From Lysobacterales bacterium (GTDB taxonomy: Bacteria; Pseudomonadota; Gammaproteobacteria; Xanthomonadales; BPKI01), in the NCBI GenBank assembly GCA_026005055.1, contig BPKI01000001.1:1732566-1796565 (forward strand): a stretch of 64,000 bases of DNA, given 5' to 3'. A program made the translations under genes and the position numbers. The notes beneath the pieces were generated by a model. The model had not been told where the DNA came from and made no database searches. It saw only the letters and a list, made by a program, of their open reading frames with translations. This document shows, one piece after another, positions 18,652 to 29,306 of the stretch (positions within the stretch are counted from its first letter, which is position 1; every line of letters starts with the position of its first letter).

Positions 18652-20387
18652 GGGCTGCGCTCCTGCTGACTCGCTCGATAAAGCGAGGCATAGAGTCCGC
18701 CTGCATCGAGCAGCGCGGCGTGGGTTCCTTCTTCGACGATGCGGCCGCGGTCGAGCACGAGGATGAGGTCGGCGCGCTCGACGGTACGCAGACGATGAGC
18801 GATCAGCAAAACCGTGCGCTCGCCCGCCAGGGCTTCGAGTGCATCCAGTAAAGCCGTCTCGGCCTCCGCATCGAGCGCGGCGGAGGGCTCGTCGAGGATC
18901 AGGATGGGGGCGTCCCGATAGAAGGCGCGAGCGAGCGCGATGCGTTGGCGCTGGCCACCTGAGAGCCTCATTCCGCCTTCGCCCAGGCGAGTGGCGAAGC
19001 CTTCGGGCAGGGCTTCGATGAACTCGAGAGCATGGGCCGCGCGCGCGGCGCGCAGCAGACGCGACGGGTCGGGTTTCGGATCGCCATAGGCGATGTTGGC
19101 GGCGACGCTGTCGTCGAAGAGCACCACCCGCTGCCCGACCCATGCGATCTGGCGCCGCAGGTCCGCGCGCCGGTAGGCACGCAGGTCGTGGCCATCGAGC
19201 ATGATCCGGCCGTGGGTCGGGTCGTGGAAGCGAGCGAGCAGCCGGGCGATCGTGGTCTTGCCGCTGCCGCTTCGCCCGACGAGGGCAGCGACCGTTCCGG
19301 GCGCGATCGAAAAGGTCACCGACTCGAGGACGGCCCTCGACTCACCGGGAAAAGCGAAGCCGACTTCCTCGAAGCGAAGCTCGCCGCGAGCACGTTCGAT
19401 CGGCAGCGTCCCGCCGGCATCTTCCTCCGGCTGATCGAGCTCGGCGAAGATGCGCTCGGCCGCCGCCGCACCCTTCCCGATGAGGGCATGGACCGAGGCC
19501 AGGCGCTTGAGCGAGGGGATCATCGCCATCATCGCGGTCATTAAGGCGACGAACTGCCCGGCGTCCATACGTCCCGCGAGCGCTTCTCGACCGGCAAGAT
19601 AGAGCACCAGGGCGAGCGCCGCCGCGGCGGCGAGCTGGACCAGTGAGGAGGCGGCGGCGCGCGTCGACTCGACCTTCAGGTGGAGGCGGAAATTGCGCTC
19701 GGCCTCGCTCTGGAAGCGCCCGAGCTCGATCGCCTCCGCCCCGTGCAGCCGGACCTCATCGCTCGCCGCGAGCGTCTGTTCGGCGTGGGCCGCCATGCTG
19801 GCCATGCCCTCTTGGATGCGACCATGCAGACGGCGGTAGCGGCGAGAAACCGCCACCGTGATGCCGCCGACGGCCGGAGCCAGAAGCAGGAGGGCCAGCG
19901 TGACTTTCACGCTCTGCGCCAGCATGACCGTAAGCAGCACCAACACGGTGAGGACGTCGGTGAGCAGGATCTTGAGCGCCTCGGCGCTGGCCTGGGCGAC
20001 CTGTTCGGTGTCGTAGCTCAGGCGCGAGATGCGCGCGGGCGCGGGCTCGGCCGCCAAGGCCGCGGGCGGAATCGCGAGAAACTTCGCCATCAGCGCCGAC
20101 CGCAGATCGCGCACCACGCCGCGTCCGGTGCGGGCCATCGCGTAATCCACGACGAAGGTGGCCATGCCGCGAACGAGGAACAATGCGACGATGGCGAGCG
20201 GCAACAGCAGGCCGACATCGGGATTGCGCGCGACGAAGGTCTCGTTGACGATCGGCCGCATCATCCAGGTGAATGCGCCGGCCGAGAGGGCTTCGAGCAC
20301 CATGCCGCAGGCTGCCGCTGCGAGCAGCGGCCAGTAGCGAGCGCTGTAGCCGAGCAGCCGACGATAAGGCCCCAGCGCCGGCGTCAC
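18648..20387 (-). CDS. msbA: Lipid A export ATP-binding/permease protein
   Basis: 579 aa with a six-TM ABC exporter domain plus an NBD: Walker A GRSGSGKTT, signature LSGGQRQRIALARA and Walker B ILILDEPSAALD. It lies upstream of lpxK. The GTG start overlaps the exbD stop. Confidence 0.9.
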   Translation of the reverse strand: MTPALGPYRRLLGYSARYWPLLAAAACGMVLEALSAGAFTWMMRPIVNETFVARNPDVGLLLPLAIVALFLVRGMATFVVDYAMARTGRGVVRDLRSALMAKFLAIPPAALAAEPAPARISRLSYDTEQVAQASAEALKILLTDVLTVLVLLTVMLAQSVKVTLALLLLAPAVGGITVAVSRRYRRLHGRIQEGMASMAAHAEQTLAASDEVRLHGAEAIELGRFQSEAERNFRLHLKVESTRAAASSLVQLAAAAALALVLYLAGREALAGRMDAGQFVALMTAMMAMIPSLKRLASVHALIGKGAAAAERIFAELDQPEEDAGGTLPIERARGELRFEEVGFAFPGESRAVLESVTFSIAPGTVAALVGRSGSGKTTIARLLARFHDPTHGRIMLDGHDLRAYRRADLRRQIAWVGQRVVLFDDSVAANIAYGDPKPDPSRLLRAARAAHALEFIEALPEGFATRLGEGGMRLSGGQRQRIALARAFYRDAPILILDEPSAALDAEAETALLDALEALAGERTVLLIAHRLRTVERADLILVLDRGRIVEEGTHAALLDAGGLYASLYRASQQERSP

Positions 20388-20818
20388 GGCTCGGATTCCG
20401 CCACCGTGGCGATCGAGATGCGCGAGAGCCCGGCCCGACCGAGCGCATCGAGCGCGGTGACCACTGCCTGATGCCGCGCCTCGGCGTCGGCGCGCAACAG
20501 GACACGCCGCTCGGGATGATCCCCGCCGGCCTCGCGCAGCGCAGCGAGCAGGCTTTCGACGTCACGGCCGAGCACCTCGCGATCGCCGACGTAGTAGCGC
20601 CCCTCCCTGTCCACCGAGACCACCAGCGGTGGCTCCTCGACCTGGGCCTTGGGCGCCCCGCCTTCGGGAAGGTCGAGCGCGATTTGCGCGCGCTCCTGGA
20701 AGGTCGTGGTCACCACGAAAAAGATGATCAGGGTGAAGACCACGTCGATCAGCGGCGTCAGGCTGATCTCCGGCTCCTCTCCGCGCGGCAGGCCGATGCG
20801 CATGCGCTCAGCCTCCAC
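20384..20818 (-). CDS. exbD: ExbD/TolR family biopolymer transport protein
   Basis: 144 aa with EISLTPLIDVVFTLIIFFVVTT (the conserved Asp-containing TM helix) and a periplasmic domain. It is paired with an exbB-like gene. Confidence 0.85.
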   Translation of the reverse strand: MEAERMRIGLPRGEEPEISLTPLIDVVFTLIIFFVVTTTFQERAQIALDLPEGGAPKAQVEEPPLVVSVDREGRYYVGDREVLGRDVESLLAALREAGGDHPERRVLLRADAEARHQAVVTALDALGRAGLSRISIATVAESEP

Positions 20819-21416
20819 GCCCCTCGAGGGCGTCGATCAGGGCAATCGCTTGCTTTTCCATCTCGACCACGTACTCGCCGATGAGCCCGCGGAAGTAGCG
20901 ATAGAACATGAGCGCGGGAATCGCCACGAGCAGCCCTGCCGCGGTGGAGATCAGGGCCTCGCCGATGCCACCGGCGAGGCGAGCGGCGTCTCCCACTCCG
21001 CTCGCCAGGATTGCCAAGAATAGGCGGATCATCCCCACGACCGTGCCGAGCAGGCCGAGGAGCGGGCTGATCGCGGCGATCGTTCCGAGGGTGTTGAGGA
21101 AGCGTTCCAGCCGGTGAGTGATGTGCCGTCCCACGTCTTCGACCCGCTCCTTGATGACCTCGCGCGGGCGCCAGCGATTGGCGAGCGCCTCGGCGAGCAG
21201 CTCCCCCAGGGGCGAGTTCTGGCGCAGGATCTCGATGTGCTGAGGCTCCACGCGCGCGGTGCGCGCCCAGTCCCGCACCTCCTGACCGAGACCCGGCGGG
21301 AGCACCGCCGAGCGGCGCAGCGTCCAGAAGCGCTCGACGACGATCGTCAGCGCCGCGATCGAACAGGCGAGGATCGGCCACATGACCCAGCCGCCTGCAA
21401 GGAATAGCTCGAGCAT
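20808..21416 (-). CDS. exbB: MotA/TolQ/ExbB proton-channel family protein
   Basis: 202 aa containing LGTIAAISPLLGLLGTVVGMI ... IGEALISTAAGLLVAIPA, the typical ExbB/TolQ TM2-TM3 signature. Confidence 0.85.
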   Translation of the reverse strand: MLELFLAGGWVMWPILACSIAALTIVVERFWTLRRSAVLPPGLGQEVRDWARTARVEPQHIEILRQNSPLGELLAEALANRWRPREVIKERVEDVGRHITHRLERFLNTLGTIAAISPLLGLLGTVVGMIRLFLAILASGVGDAARLAGGIGEALISTAAGLLVAIPALMFYRYFRGLIGEYVVEMEKQAIALIDALEGRGG

Positions 21417-21475
21417 TCCGAATGTCCTCTCGCTCGGATGAGCGGCGCCATGATAGCCGCCGACGCCCGCTCGCC

Positions 21476-23746
21476 TCAGCCGGGCGCGAAGGCCGATGGG
21501 CAGGGGCGGCGCCAGATCCGCGGATTCGAGGCACGCGCCGCCCTCCTTTCCCAGCCCGATCCTTCGCGGTAGACGAGCTCGATCATTCCGCAGGCGGTGG
21601 CATGAACGGTGGCACCGCTTTGCCGCCAGCGTTTCACCACCTCCGGCGCCGGATGTCCGAAGGGATTTCCATGCGCAGCGCTGATCAAGGCGTGGCGCGC
21701 TTTCACGGTCTTGACGAAGTCGGGGGAGGAAGAGCGGCGCGAGCCGTGATGCGGCACCAGCACCACCTCCGCGCGCAGGTCCCCTGGCCGCTCGCGAAGC
21801 AGCCGCCCCTCGACGATCAGGCCGATGTCCCCGGGAAGGAGCACGCTCGCATTCTTATGCTCGATGCGAAGCACGCAGCTCGATTCGTTGCGGAGGTCAG
21901 GCATCCAGGCAGGAGGATGAAGCCAGAGGAGCGCGGTGGAGCCCTGAAGGAAGCGCTGCCCCGCGAGGCAAGGCTCCGCACCCGGGATACCTGAGGCGAA
22001 GAGCCTCGCCTCTGGGTAGGCTCGTCGCACGGCTTCGAGCCCGCCGGCGTGATCGGCATCGCCATGGCTGACCACGATCCAGTCGAGCCGTCGGATCCGA
22101 AGCGCACGCAAGGCCGGCACGACGATCCGCTCGCCGGCATCGAAGGCTCCGGAGCGCGGCCCGGTGTCGTAGAGCAGGACGATGTCCGGAGTCGATACCA
22201 GCACCGCCGTCCCCTGCCCCACGTCGAACATCCGAACTGCGAGGGTACCGGGAGCTAAATGCTCGGCGGGAGGAAAGAGCAGAGGAAGGAACAACGGCAA
22301 TCCAAGAGGGCGCCCGGGCAGGCCGCGCGGCGCGAGCAGGATCAGACTCCCGAGCATCGCCAGGCCGAGCGCCACTGCATCAGGGTTCCCTACCGGCCAC
22401 AGTGCGAACCGGAGATCCGCCAAGAACGCGAGGAGGCGGGCGAGCAGCTCGAGGGAGAAGCCCGAGACGGCAAACAGCCAGCGCCCGCCACCAGGCACGC
22501 AAAGCTCCCCGAGCGCGCCGAGCAGGCCGAGCGGAACCGAAACGGCGCCGACCCAGGGCACTGCGATCAGGTTGGCGAGGAATCCGGCGATCGGAATGGC
22601 GCCGAACCAAATCGCGGCCAAGGGCGCCATCGCGAGCGAGAGCGCCGCCTGGGCTCGCGCCAGGCGAAGCCCGGCAGGGCCTTCCTCAGGAGGTACGAAG
22701 GCGAGGAGGATCGCCACCCCCGCGACCGAGAGCCAGAAGGAGGCGCCGATGACCGCCAGGGGGTCGAGGACGAGGACCAGGCTTGCCGCTAGCAGGAGCA
22801 CGCGAAACGGCTGAAAGCCGCGGCGTACCGCGAGCGCGATCGCCGCAGCCAGCAGCATGAACAAAGCGCGCCGGGTCGGGACTGCGAAACCCGCCAGCGC
22901 GGCGTAGAAGGCCGCCGCCGGCAGGGCGAGGAGAAGCGCGAAGTGGCGGCTCGGCAGGATCAGCGCCAATCCCGGTGAGAAGCGAAGGATGATTCCGGCC
23001 AACGCCGCACCCAGCCCGGCGGCGAGGCCGATGTGCAGCCCGGAGATCGCCATCAGGTGACTCGTCCCGGTCGCGCGCAGAAGCTCCCAAAGCCCCTCGT
23101 CGAGGGCCCGCCGATCGCCCACCGCGAGGGCCCGCAGCAGGGCCCCGCCGGACCCCGGCCCGAGATCGGCGATTGCGTCGGCGAGCCGCTCGCGACGCGC
23201 CTCGATCGAGCGAGGCGCGGCGGGTGAGAGGCGTTCCCCGGAGCGCACCGTCCCGGTCGCGACGATCCCGCGTTCCAAGGCGAGCCTTTCGCCGTCGAAG
23301 CCGCCGGGATTCACTCGTCCCCGGGGTGCGGCGAGTCGCGCCTGGAAGCGCCAGCGTTCACCCGCCCGCGGGCCTTGCTCGGCGTTTCGTCCGTACCAGG
23401 CCAGGCGCACGATTCCGCCCCGGATCAGCGGGTCTGCCTCGGCGACTCGAGCCTCGAAGCGAAGCGCTGGGCCGCTCGAATCGGGCAGGCCCATGATCGT
23501 GGCGTCGAAGAAGAACTCGCGGCGCTCCTCGCCCAAGGCGTCCCAGACCGCGATGCGGGGCGCGGCCGCGAGTCCCGCCAGCGAGGCGCCGAAGACCAGA
23601 GCGCTCGTAAGGCGCAGCGAGGGTCGTATCGCCGCGAGCGGGGACAGGATCGCGCCGAGCAGGAGCAGCGCATCAGGCGGGCTCTCAGGCCAGATCGCGA
23701 TGCTGGCCGTTCCGAGAATGAAGCCGAGGAGGAGTTTCGCGTGCAT
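21476..23746 (-). CDS. comEC: DNA internalisation-related competence protein ComEC/Rec2
   Basis: 756 aa with a polytopic competence domain (GTSHLMAISGLHIGL) and a C-terminal metallo-beta-lactamase domain (DVGQGTAVLV ... VVSHGDADHAGG ... VPHHGS). Confidence 0.88.
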   Translation of the reverse strand: MHAKLLLGFILGTASIAIWPESPPDALLLLGAILSPLAAIRPSLRLTSALVFGASLAGLAAAPRIAVWDALGEERREFFFDATIMGLPDSSGPALRFEARVAEADPLIRGGIVRLAWYGRNAEQGPRAGERWRFQARLAAPRGRVNPGGFDGERLALERGIVATGTVRSGERLSPAAPRSIEARRERLADAIADLGPGSGGALLRALAVGDRRALDEGLWELLRATGTSHLMAISGLHIGLAAGLGAALAGIILRFSPGLALILPSRHFALLLALPAAAFYAALAGFAVPTRRALFMLLAAAIALAVRRGFQPFRVLLLAASLVLVLDPLAVIGASFWLSVAGVAILLAFVPPEEGPAGLRLARAQAALSLAMAPLAAIWFGAIPIAGFLANLIAVPWVGAVSVPLGLLGALGELCVPGGGRWLFAVSGFSLELLARLLAFLADLRFALWPVGNPDAVALGLAMLGSLILLAPRGLPGRPLGLPLFLPLLFPPAEHLAPGTLAVRMFDVGQGTAVLVSTPDIVLLYDTGPRSGAFDAGERIVVPALRALRIRRLDWIVVSHGDADHAGGLEAVRRAYPEARLFASGIPGAEPCLAGQRFLQGSTALLWLHPPAWMPDLRNESSCVLRIEHKNASVLLPGDIGLIVEGRLLRERPGDLRAEVVLVPHHGSRRSSSPDFVKTVKARHALISAAHGNPFGHPAPEVVKRWRQSGATVHATACGMIELVYREGSGWERRAARASNPRIWRRPCPSAFAPG

Positions 23747-23767
23747 TCCCTGCAGCGGCGGGGGGAT

Positions 23768-24460
23768 TCAGCCCGCCGGAGGACTGCCGCCGAGGCGCCC
23801 GTCGTGAAGCTCCAGGGCGCGATCGAGGCGCGCGGCCAGGTCGCGATCGTGCGTCACCACGACGAGCGCCGTCCCGAGCTCGCGGTTGAGCTCCAGCATC
23901 AAATCGAAGACGCGGGCAGCGGTGCGTTCGTCGAGGTTTCCGGTCGGCTCGTCGGCGAGGACGCAGGCCGGTTCGGTCACGAGGGCACGCGCCACCGCCG
24001 CTCGCTGGCGTTCGCCGCCGGAGAGTTCGCCGGGTCGATGGGCCAAGCGGGCTCCCAGACCGACGCGCTCGAGCAGCGTCTGCGCCCGGCGGCGGGCCTC
24101 GTCCCGGGGTACACCGCGGATGAGCAGCGGCATGGCCACGTTCTCCAGCGCGGAGAACTCGGGCAAAAGATGGTGGAACTGATACACGAAACCGAGCGCC
24201 TGATTGCGAAGACGGCCGCGCGCCTTCTCGCCGAGGGCGAAAGGATCCTGACCGAGGATGCGCACCTCGCCGGCGCTCGGCCGATCCAAGGCTCCGAGCA
24301 AGTGCAGGAGCGTACTCTTGCCCGCGCCGGACGCACCGAGGATGGCCACGGTCTCGCCGCGTCTGACCGCCAGATCGACGCTCGTGAGCACCGGGGTCTC
24401 GAGCCGCCCGTCGCGGTAGGTCTTGGCCAGGCCGCGGCAGGAAAGGACGATCTCACTCAT
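23768..24460 (-). CDS. lolD: Lipoprotein-releasing system ATP-binding protein
   Basis: ABC NBD with Walker [12 protein letters not shown], signature [15 protein letters not shown] and Walker [12 protein letters not shown]. It is adjacent to the lolC/E permease gene. Confidence 0.88.
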   Translation of the reverse strand: MSEIVLSCRGLAKTYRDGRLETPVLTSVDLAVRRGETVAILGASGAGKSTLLHLLGALDRPSAGEVRILGQDPFALGEKARGRLRNQALGFVYQFHHLLPEFSALENVAMPLLIRGVPRDEARRRAQTLLERVGLGARLAHRPGELSGGERQRAAVARALVTEPACVLADEPTGNLDERTAARVFDLMLELNRELGTALVVVTHDRDLAARLDRALELHDGRLGGSPPAG

Positions 24461-25700
24461 AGCGCAGCGCCTGCGCCGGCTGCGTGCGCGCCGCTCGCCA
24501 GGCAGGATAGAGCGTGGCGGCGAAGGACATCAGCAGGGCCACGGTCACCACCGTCCACACATCGCCCCAGCGCAGGTCGGATGGGAGTTCGCTGATGTAA
24601 TAGACCTCCGGGCTCATCAGCTCGAAGCCGAGCTTCGCCTCGAGCCAACGCATGAAGTTCTCCACGTTTTCGGCCAGAACCACCCCGCCCACGGTGCCGA
24701 GCAGAGTGCCGACCAGTCCGAGGATCATCCCCTGGACGATGAAACTGCTCATGACCATGCCCGGACTCGCGCCCAAGGTTCTCAGGATGGCGATGTCGGC
24801 TTGTTTGTCCGTGACCAGCATGACCAGCGAGGAGATCAGGTTGAATGCAGCCACCGCCACGATCAAGGACAAGATCACGAACATCACCGTCTTCTCCATC
24901 CGGATCGCGCGGAAGAAGTTGACGTGCTCGCGGCTCCAGTCGCGGATGCGATAGAAACCGCCGAGCTCGACCGAGAGCTCGCGCGAGACCTCGAAGGCGC
25001 GAAACATGTCTCGCAGCTTTAGGCGGACGCCGGTGACGTCCCCGCCCATGCGGAAGAGACGCTGCGCGTCCTGGAGGTGCACGAAGGCCAGCGCCCGGTC
25101 GTATTCCTGCATTCCGGCTTCGAACACCCCGGCCACGGTGAAACGGCGAAGCTTCGGTACGACGCCCACCGGCGTCGCCGCGAGCTGCGGCGCATAGACC
25201 ACCACCCAATCGCCCACCCCGACCCCGAGGACGTCGGCGAGCTCCCGTCCGAGAACGATCTTCCAAGCCCCTGGGGCGAGTTCGCCGAGCGCGCCCTCGC
25301 GCATCTCGCGGGCGATGTCCGAGACCTCCGCCTCGAGGTCCGGCAGCACCCCGCGCAGGATCGCTCCGGCCACGCGCGAGCCGCCCTGAAGCATCGCCTC
25401 GCGTTCGACGAAGGGCGCGGCCCCGAGCACTTCCGGATGGGATCGCGCATGCTCCAGCACCAGCGGCCAGTCGGCGAGATCATGGCCGAGACCGGCGATG
25501 GTGGCATGAGCGATCATCCCGAGAATGCGCGCCCTGAGCTCTTTCTCGAAACCATTCATCACCGAGATCACGGTGATCAGCGCCGCCACGCCGACCGCGA
25601 TGCCCAGCACCGAGGCGAGGGAAATGAACGAGATGAAATGGTTTCGCCGCTTGGCGCGGGTGTAACGCAGACCGATCCAAAGCGCGAGCGGGCGAAGCAC
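24453..25700 (-). CDS. lolC: Lipoprotein-releasing system transmembrane subunit LolC/LolE
   Basis: 415 aa. The N-terminus is [24 protein letters not shown], and the protein has the MacB-like periplasmic domain and FtsX-type C-terminus. GTG start. Confidence 0.85.
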   Translation of the reverse strand: MLRPLALWIGLRYTRAKRRNHFISFISLASVLGIAVGVAALITVISVMNGFEKELRARILGMIAHATIAGLGHDLADWPLVLEHARSHPEVLGAAPFVEREAMLQGGSRVAGAILRGVLPDLEAEVSDIAREMREGALGELAPGAWKIVLGRELADVLGVGVGDWVVVYAPQLAATPVGVVPKLRRFTVAGVFEAGMQEYDRALAFVHLQDAQRLFRMGGDVTGVRLKLRDMFRAFEVSRELSVELGGFYRIRDWSREHVNFFRAIRMEKTVMFVILSLIVAVAAFNLISSLVMLVTDKQADIAILRTLGASPGMVMSSFIVQGMILGLVGTLLGTVGGVVLAENVENFMRWLEAKLGFELMSPEVYYISELPSDLRWGDVWTVVTVALLMSFAATLYPAWRAARTQPAQALRYE

Positions 25701-25701
25701 G

Positions 25702-26094
25702 TCAGTTCGCTCCGGCCCGCGCGATCAGCCGGCGCTCGAGATCGCGGCCGAGCATCGCCCTCACCAGCACGAGGCGAGTGACACCCGCATCTCCCGTAAG
25801 CGACAGCACCAAGAACGGACCGTAAGGCCGCAGCGAGAGGCGTCGCGGCGAGTCCCCTTCCTCAAGCCACGCCGTACCGTCCTCGGCGAAGAAGAGACGC
25901 CGCGGTTGGCGCCGCACCGCGCGCAGGGACCGCCACAGCACCACGGCGATCGCCGTAACCAGGACGGCGCGAAGGGTTCCGGGGATCTCCGCGAGGAAAA
26001 GCGCGCCGAGGGCAAGGCCGGCCAGAAGCAGCAAGATGCCCTCGAGGACGAGCCGGCTTTCAGCGGCGAGGTCGAGCGAAATCGCGGATTTCAT
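25702..26094 (-). CDS. ygfX: YgfX/CptA-like inner-membrane protein (DUF1434-like)
   Basis: Small two-TM protein (LEGILLLLAGLALGALFLAEIP / LRAVLVTAIAVVLW) immediately downstream of sdhE, the same pairing as E. coli sdhE-ygfX. The start is uncertain (26094 or 26121), and either choice overlaps the sdhE 3' end. Confidence 0.5.
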   Translation of the reverse strand: MKSAISLDLAAESRLVLEGILLLLAGLALGALFLAEIPGTLRAVLVTAIAVVLWRSLRAVRRQPRRLFFAEDGTAWLEEGDSPRRLSLRPYGPFLVLSLTGDAGVTRLVLVRAMLGRDLERRLIARAGAN

Positions 26095-26317
26095 GGCAAA
26101 GCCGCCGCTTGAGCGCATCATCCGGTTCGGCGCCGCCCAAGAGCAGCGAAAACAGTCGATCGTCTTCGAGATCGAGCAAACGCTCGAACGCCTGCTGCTC
26201 GGACGGGCTGGCCTCGCCGTAACGGCGCTCGAGCCAGGAAAGCAGCATGAGATCGAGTTCGCGCATCCCGCGTCGGCAACGCCAGCGCAAACGCGCCTGC
26301 CTCGCCGGCTCGGCCAT
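26060..26317 (-). CDS. sdhE: FAD assembly factor SdhE (DUF339, SDHAF2 homologue)
   Basis: 85 aa containing RLRWRCRRGMRELDLMLLSWLE...LLDLEDDRLFSLLLG, the conserved RGxxE core of SdhE/YgfY. Confidence 0.88.
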   Translation of the reverse strand: MAEPARQARLRWRCRRGMRELDLMLLSWLERRYGEASPSEQQAFERLLDLEDDRLFSLLLGGAEPDDALKRRLCHEIRDFARPRR

Positions 26318-26326
26318 GCTCGCCGC

Positions 26327-27115
26327 TCACGTACCGCGCCGCTGGACGAGGAGTTTCTTGATCTCGGCGATGGCCTGCGCCGGGTTGAGCCCCTTCGGGC
26401 AGGTGCGCGCGCAGTTCATGATCGTGTGACAGCGGTAGAGCCGGAAGGGATCCTCGAGCTCGTCCAGACGGGCGCCGGTGTCTTCGTCCCGCGAGTCCAC
26501 GATCCAACGATAGGCCTGCAGCAGAATCGCCGGTCCGAGGTATCGGTCGCCGTTCCACCAATAGCTCGGACAGGAAGTCGAGCAGCATGCGCAGAGGATG
26601 CATTCGTAAAGCCCGTCCAACTTGGCCCGATCCTCCTTGGACTGGAGGCGTTCCCGATCCGGAGGCGGAGCGCTCTGGGTGCGGATCCACGGGCGGATCG
26701 AGGCATATTGCGCGTAAAAATGCGTGAGGTCGGGCACCAGGTCCTTGATCACCGGCAGATGCGGCAGAGGATAGATCGGGATTTCCTTGCTGCGGCAATC
26801 GTCGATCGCCTTGGTGCAGGCGAGCGTGTTGGTGCCGTCGATGTTCATCGCGCAGGAGCCGCAAATGCCCTCGCGACAGGAACGACGGAAGGTGAGCGTC
26901 GGATCGATCTCGTTTTTGATCTTGATCAGGGCATCGAGCACCATCGGCCCGCAGCTTTCGAGATCGACCGTGTAGCGATCCATGCGCGGCTGGCCGCCCT
27001 CATCGGGGTTCCAGCGGTAGATCCGGAAAGTACGGGTGCGCTTCGCCGCGGATGGTGCCGGATGGTCCTTGCCCGGGACGATGCGGGAATTCTTGGGCAA
27101 GCGGAACTGGGGCAT
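26327..27115 (-). CDS. sdhB: Succinate dehydrogenase iron-sulfur subunit
   Basis: 262 aa with three Cys clusters: [31 protein letters not shown] and [17 protein letters not shown]. Confidence 0.95.
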   Translation of the reverse strand: MPQFRLPKNSRIVPGKDHPAPSAAKRTRTFRIYRWNPDEGGQPRMDRYTVDLESCGPMVLDALIKIKNEIDPTLTFRRSCREGICGSCAMNIDGTNTLACTKAIDDCRSKEIPIYPLPHLPVIKDLVPDLTHFYAQYASIRPWIRTQSAPPPDRERLQSKEDRAKLDGLYECILCACCSTSCPSYWWNGDRYLGPAILLQAYRWIVDSRDEDTGARLDELEDPFRLYRCHTIMNCARTCPKGLNPAQAIAEIKKLLVQRRGT

Positions 27116-27135
27116 GGCAGGCTCGCAGGGATGGC

Positions 27136-28923
27136 TCAGTAGGTGCGGGGCTTGGGCGGGATGGGATCGACGGCGCCGGAGGTGGTCAATCGCACCGGAC
27201 GGTAGTCGAAGCGGACCTCGCCATTCTCATCGACCCAGCACAGCGTGTGCTTGAGCCAGTTGCGGTCGTCGCGCTCCGGATAGTCCTCGCGGGCATGCGC
27301 TCCCCGCGACTCGGTGCGTTGCTCCGCCGAGCGGATGGTGGCGAGAGCCTGAGCGAGCAGGTTTCGCAGCTCGAGGGTCTCGATGAGATCGGAGTTCCAC
27401 ACCAAAGAGCGGTCGCTCACCTTGACGTGGGCGAAGTCGGCGAAACAGGCGTGGATCTCGCGGCAGCCTTCGCGGAGCGTCTCTCCGGTGCGGAACACGG
27501 CAGCGTCGCGCTGCATGATCCGCTGCATCCGGTCTCTGAGCTTGGCGGTGGGGATGTCGCCGTTCGCGTGACGGATTCGGTCGAAGTCGTCGAGGATCTT
27601 CTCCCACGGCCGGTGCGGGAGCTCCGGATGCGGCGCACCCGGGCGGATGCGCGTGGCACAACGTTCGGCGGCAGCGCGTCCGAACACCACGAGGTCGAGC
27701 AGCGAATTGGAGCCGAGCCGATTGGCGCCGTGGACCGAGACACAGGCGGCCTCGCCCACCGCGAACAGGCCGGGAACGACCGATTCGGGATCGCCGTCGC
27801 GCTTGGTGACGACTTCGCCGTGATAGTTGGTGGGAATCCCGCCCATGTTGTAGTGCACCGTCGGAATCACCGGGATCGGCTCGCGGGTCACGTCCACGCC
27901 GGCGAAGATGCGAGCGGTTTCGGCGATACCCGGTAGACGCTCCTCGATGACCTCTGGGCCGAGATGCTCTAAATGGAGGTGGATGTGGTCCTTGAGCGGT
28001 CCCACACCCCTACCCTCGCGGATCTCGATGGTCATCGCCCGACTGACCACGTCGCGCGAGGCGAGGTCCTTGGCGTTGGGCGCATAGCGCTCCATGAAGC
28101 GCTCGCCGAGTGCGTTGGTGAGGTAGCCGCCCTCGCCTCGGACGCCTTCGGTGATCAAACAGCCGGCGCCATAGATTCCGGTGGGGTGGAACTGGACGAA
28201 TTCCATGTCCTGCAGCGGCAGGCCCGCGCGCAGCACCATGGCATTGCCATCGCCGGTGCAGGTATGCGCGGAAGTAGCCGAGAGATAAGCCCGTCCATAG
28301 CCGCCGGTGGCCAGGATCACCGCATGCGAGCGGAATAGATGAAGCGTGCCCTCGGCGATGTCCAGCGCCACCACACCTCGGCAGGCGCCGTCCTCGTCGA
28401 AGACCAGATCGAGGGCGAAGTACTCGATGAAGAAGCGGGCGTCGTATTTCAACGACTGCTGGTAGAGCGCGTGCAGGATGGCATGACCGGTGCGGTCGGC
28501 GGCGGCGCAAGTACGCTGTGCCACGCCCTTGCCGTAGTGCGTGGTCATGCCACCGAAGGGGCGCTGGTAGATCCGGCCATCCTCGGTACGGGAAAACGGC
28601 ACCCCGAAGTGCTCGAGCTCGATCACCGCGGGAATCGCTTCCCGGCACATGTACTCGATCGCGTCCTGATCCCCGAGCCAATCCGAGCCTTTGACCGTGT
28701 CGTAGAAATGAAAGCGCCAGTCGTCCTCCCCCATGTTGCCGAGCGCCGCGGAAATCCCGCCTTGCGCCGCCACCGTGTGGCTTCTCGTGGGAAAGACCTT
28801 GGTCAAGCAAGCGGTCGCCAGGCCGCGCGCCGCCAAACCCATGGTCGCGCGCAGGCCCGCACCGCCGGCGCCGACGACGACTGCATCGTACTTATGAACC
28901 GTCAGAGGATAGGCCCTGCTCAT
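27136..28923 (-). CDS. sdhA: Succinate dehydrogenase flavoprotein subunit
   Basis: Starting at [26 protein letters not shown], it contains the FAD-attachment His context ([10 protein letters not shown]) and [13 protein letters not shown]. The 701-aa track ORF has a spurious 106-aa extension across sdhD. Confidence 0.95.
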   Translation of the reverse strand: MSRAYPLTVHKYDAVVVGAGGAGLRATMGLAARGLATACLTKVFPTRSHTVAAQGGISAALGNMGEDDWRFHFYDTVKGSDWLGDQDAIEYMCREAIPAVIELEHFGVPFSRTEDGRIYQRPFGGMTTHYGKGVAQRTCAAADRTGHAILHALYQQSLKYDARFFIEYFALDLVFDEDGACRGVVALDIAEGTLHLFRSHAVILATGGYGRAYLSATSAHTCTGDGNAMVLRAGLPLQDMEFVQFHPTGIYGAGCLITEGVRGEGGYLTNALGERFMERYAPNAKDLASRDVVSRAMTIEIREGRGVGPLKDHIHLHLEHLGPEVIEERLPGIAETARIFAGVDVTREPIPVIPTVHYNMGGIPTNYHGEVVTKRDGDPESVVPGLFAVGEAACVSVHGANRLGSNSLLDLVVFGRAAAERCATRIRPGAPHPELPHRPWEKILDDFDRIRHANGDIPTAKLRDRMQRIMQRDAAVFRTGETLREGCREIHACFADFAHVKVSDRSLVWNSDLIETLELRNLLAQALATIRSAEQRTESRGAHAREDYPERDDRNWLKHTLCWVDENGEVRFDYRPVRLTTSGAVDPIPPKPRTY

Positions 28924-28925
28924 CT

Positions 28926-29306
28926 TCAAGCGGTGAGCGCAATGCGGAGAACGGCGAGCACACCCACGGCGGCAACAAGGAAAAATACCGCGCGCAAGGC
29001 GATCTGAAGCGCGTATTCGAGGCCGCGCCGATGCACGTAATCCTCGACGATGACCTGCAACCCGAGCTGCGCGTGCCAGGCGGCGACCAGGACGAAGGCG
29101 ATCATCAGCAAGGCATCGAGCGGCTGGGCGAGGCGCTCCCGCGCGAGCTGCGGATCGGCCAGGGCGAACGCGCCCAGCCACCAGAGCAACCACAGCGTCA
29201 AAGGCACGAGGAAGATCGCGCTCAGCCGTTGCCGCCACCAATGACTCACGCCGTCCTTGGCGCTGCCGAGACCGCGCGCGCGCGCGATCGGATGACGAAG
29301 ACTCAT
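28926..29306 (-). CDS. sdhD: Succinate dehydrogenase hydrophobic membrane anchor subunit
   Basis: 126 aa from [31 protein letters not shown], with three TM segments. It lies between sdhC and sdhA, and an ATGA overlap links it to the sdhC stop. Confidence 0.85.
   Translation of the reverse strand: MSLRHPIARARGLGSAKDGVSHWWRQRLSAIFLVPLTLWLLWWLGAFALADPQLARERLAQPLDALLMIAFVLVAAWHAQLGLQVIVEDYVHRRGLEYALQIALRAVFFLVAAVGVLAVLRIALTA

Noticed and set aside
25702-26317. sdhE-ygfX read as a CptB/CptA toxin-antitoxin or defence module.
   Set aside because: The pair sits at the 3' end of the sdh operon. SdhE has a well-established flavinylation role, so an SDH-assembly context is the more parsimonious reading. 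There are no other defence genes nearby.
27136-29241. Over-extended 5' ends in the ORF track: sdhA 701 aa, sdhD 333 aa, lpxK 490 aa, HiPIP 350 aa, GDPD 484 aa, ppsR 355 aa, ygfZ 373 aa and ldh 438 aa.
   Set aside because: The extensions overlap the upstream genes and lack conservation, while the family N-termini begin at internal start codons. Coordinates were trimmed accordingly in the feature list.
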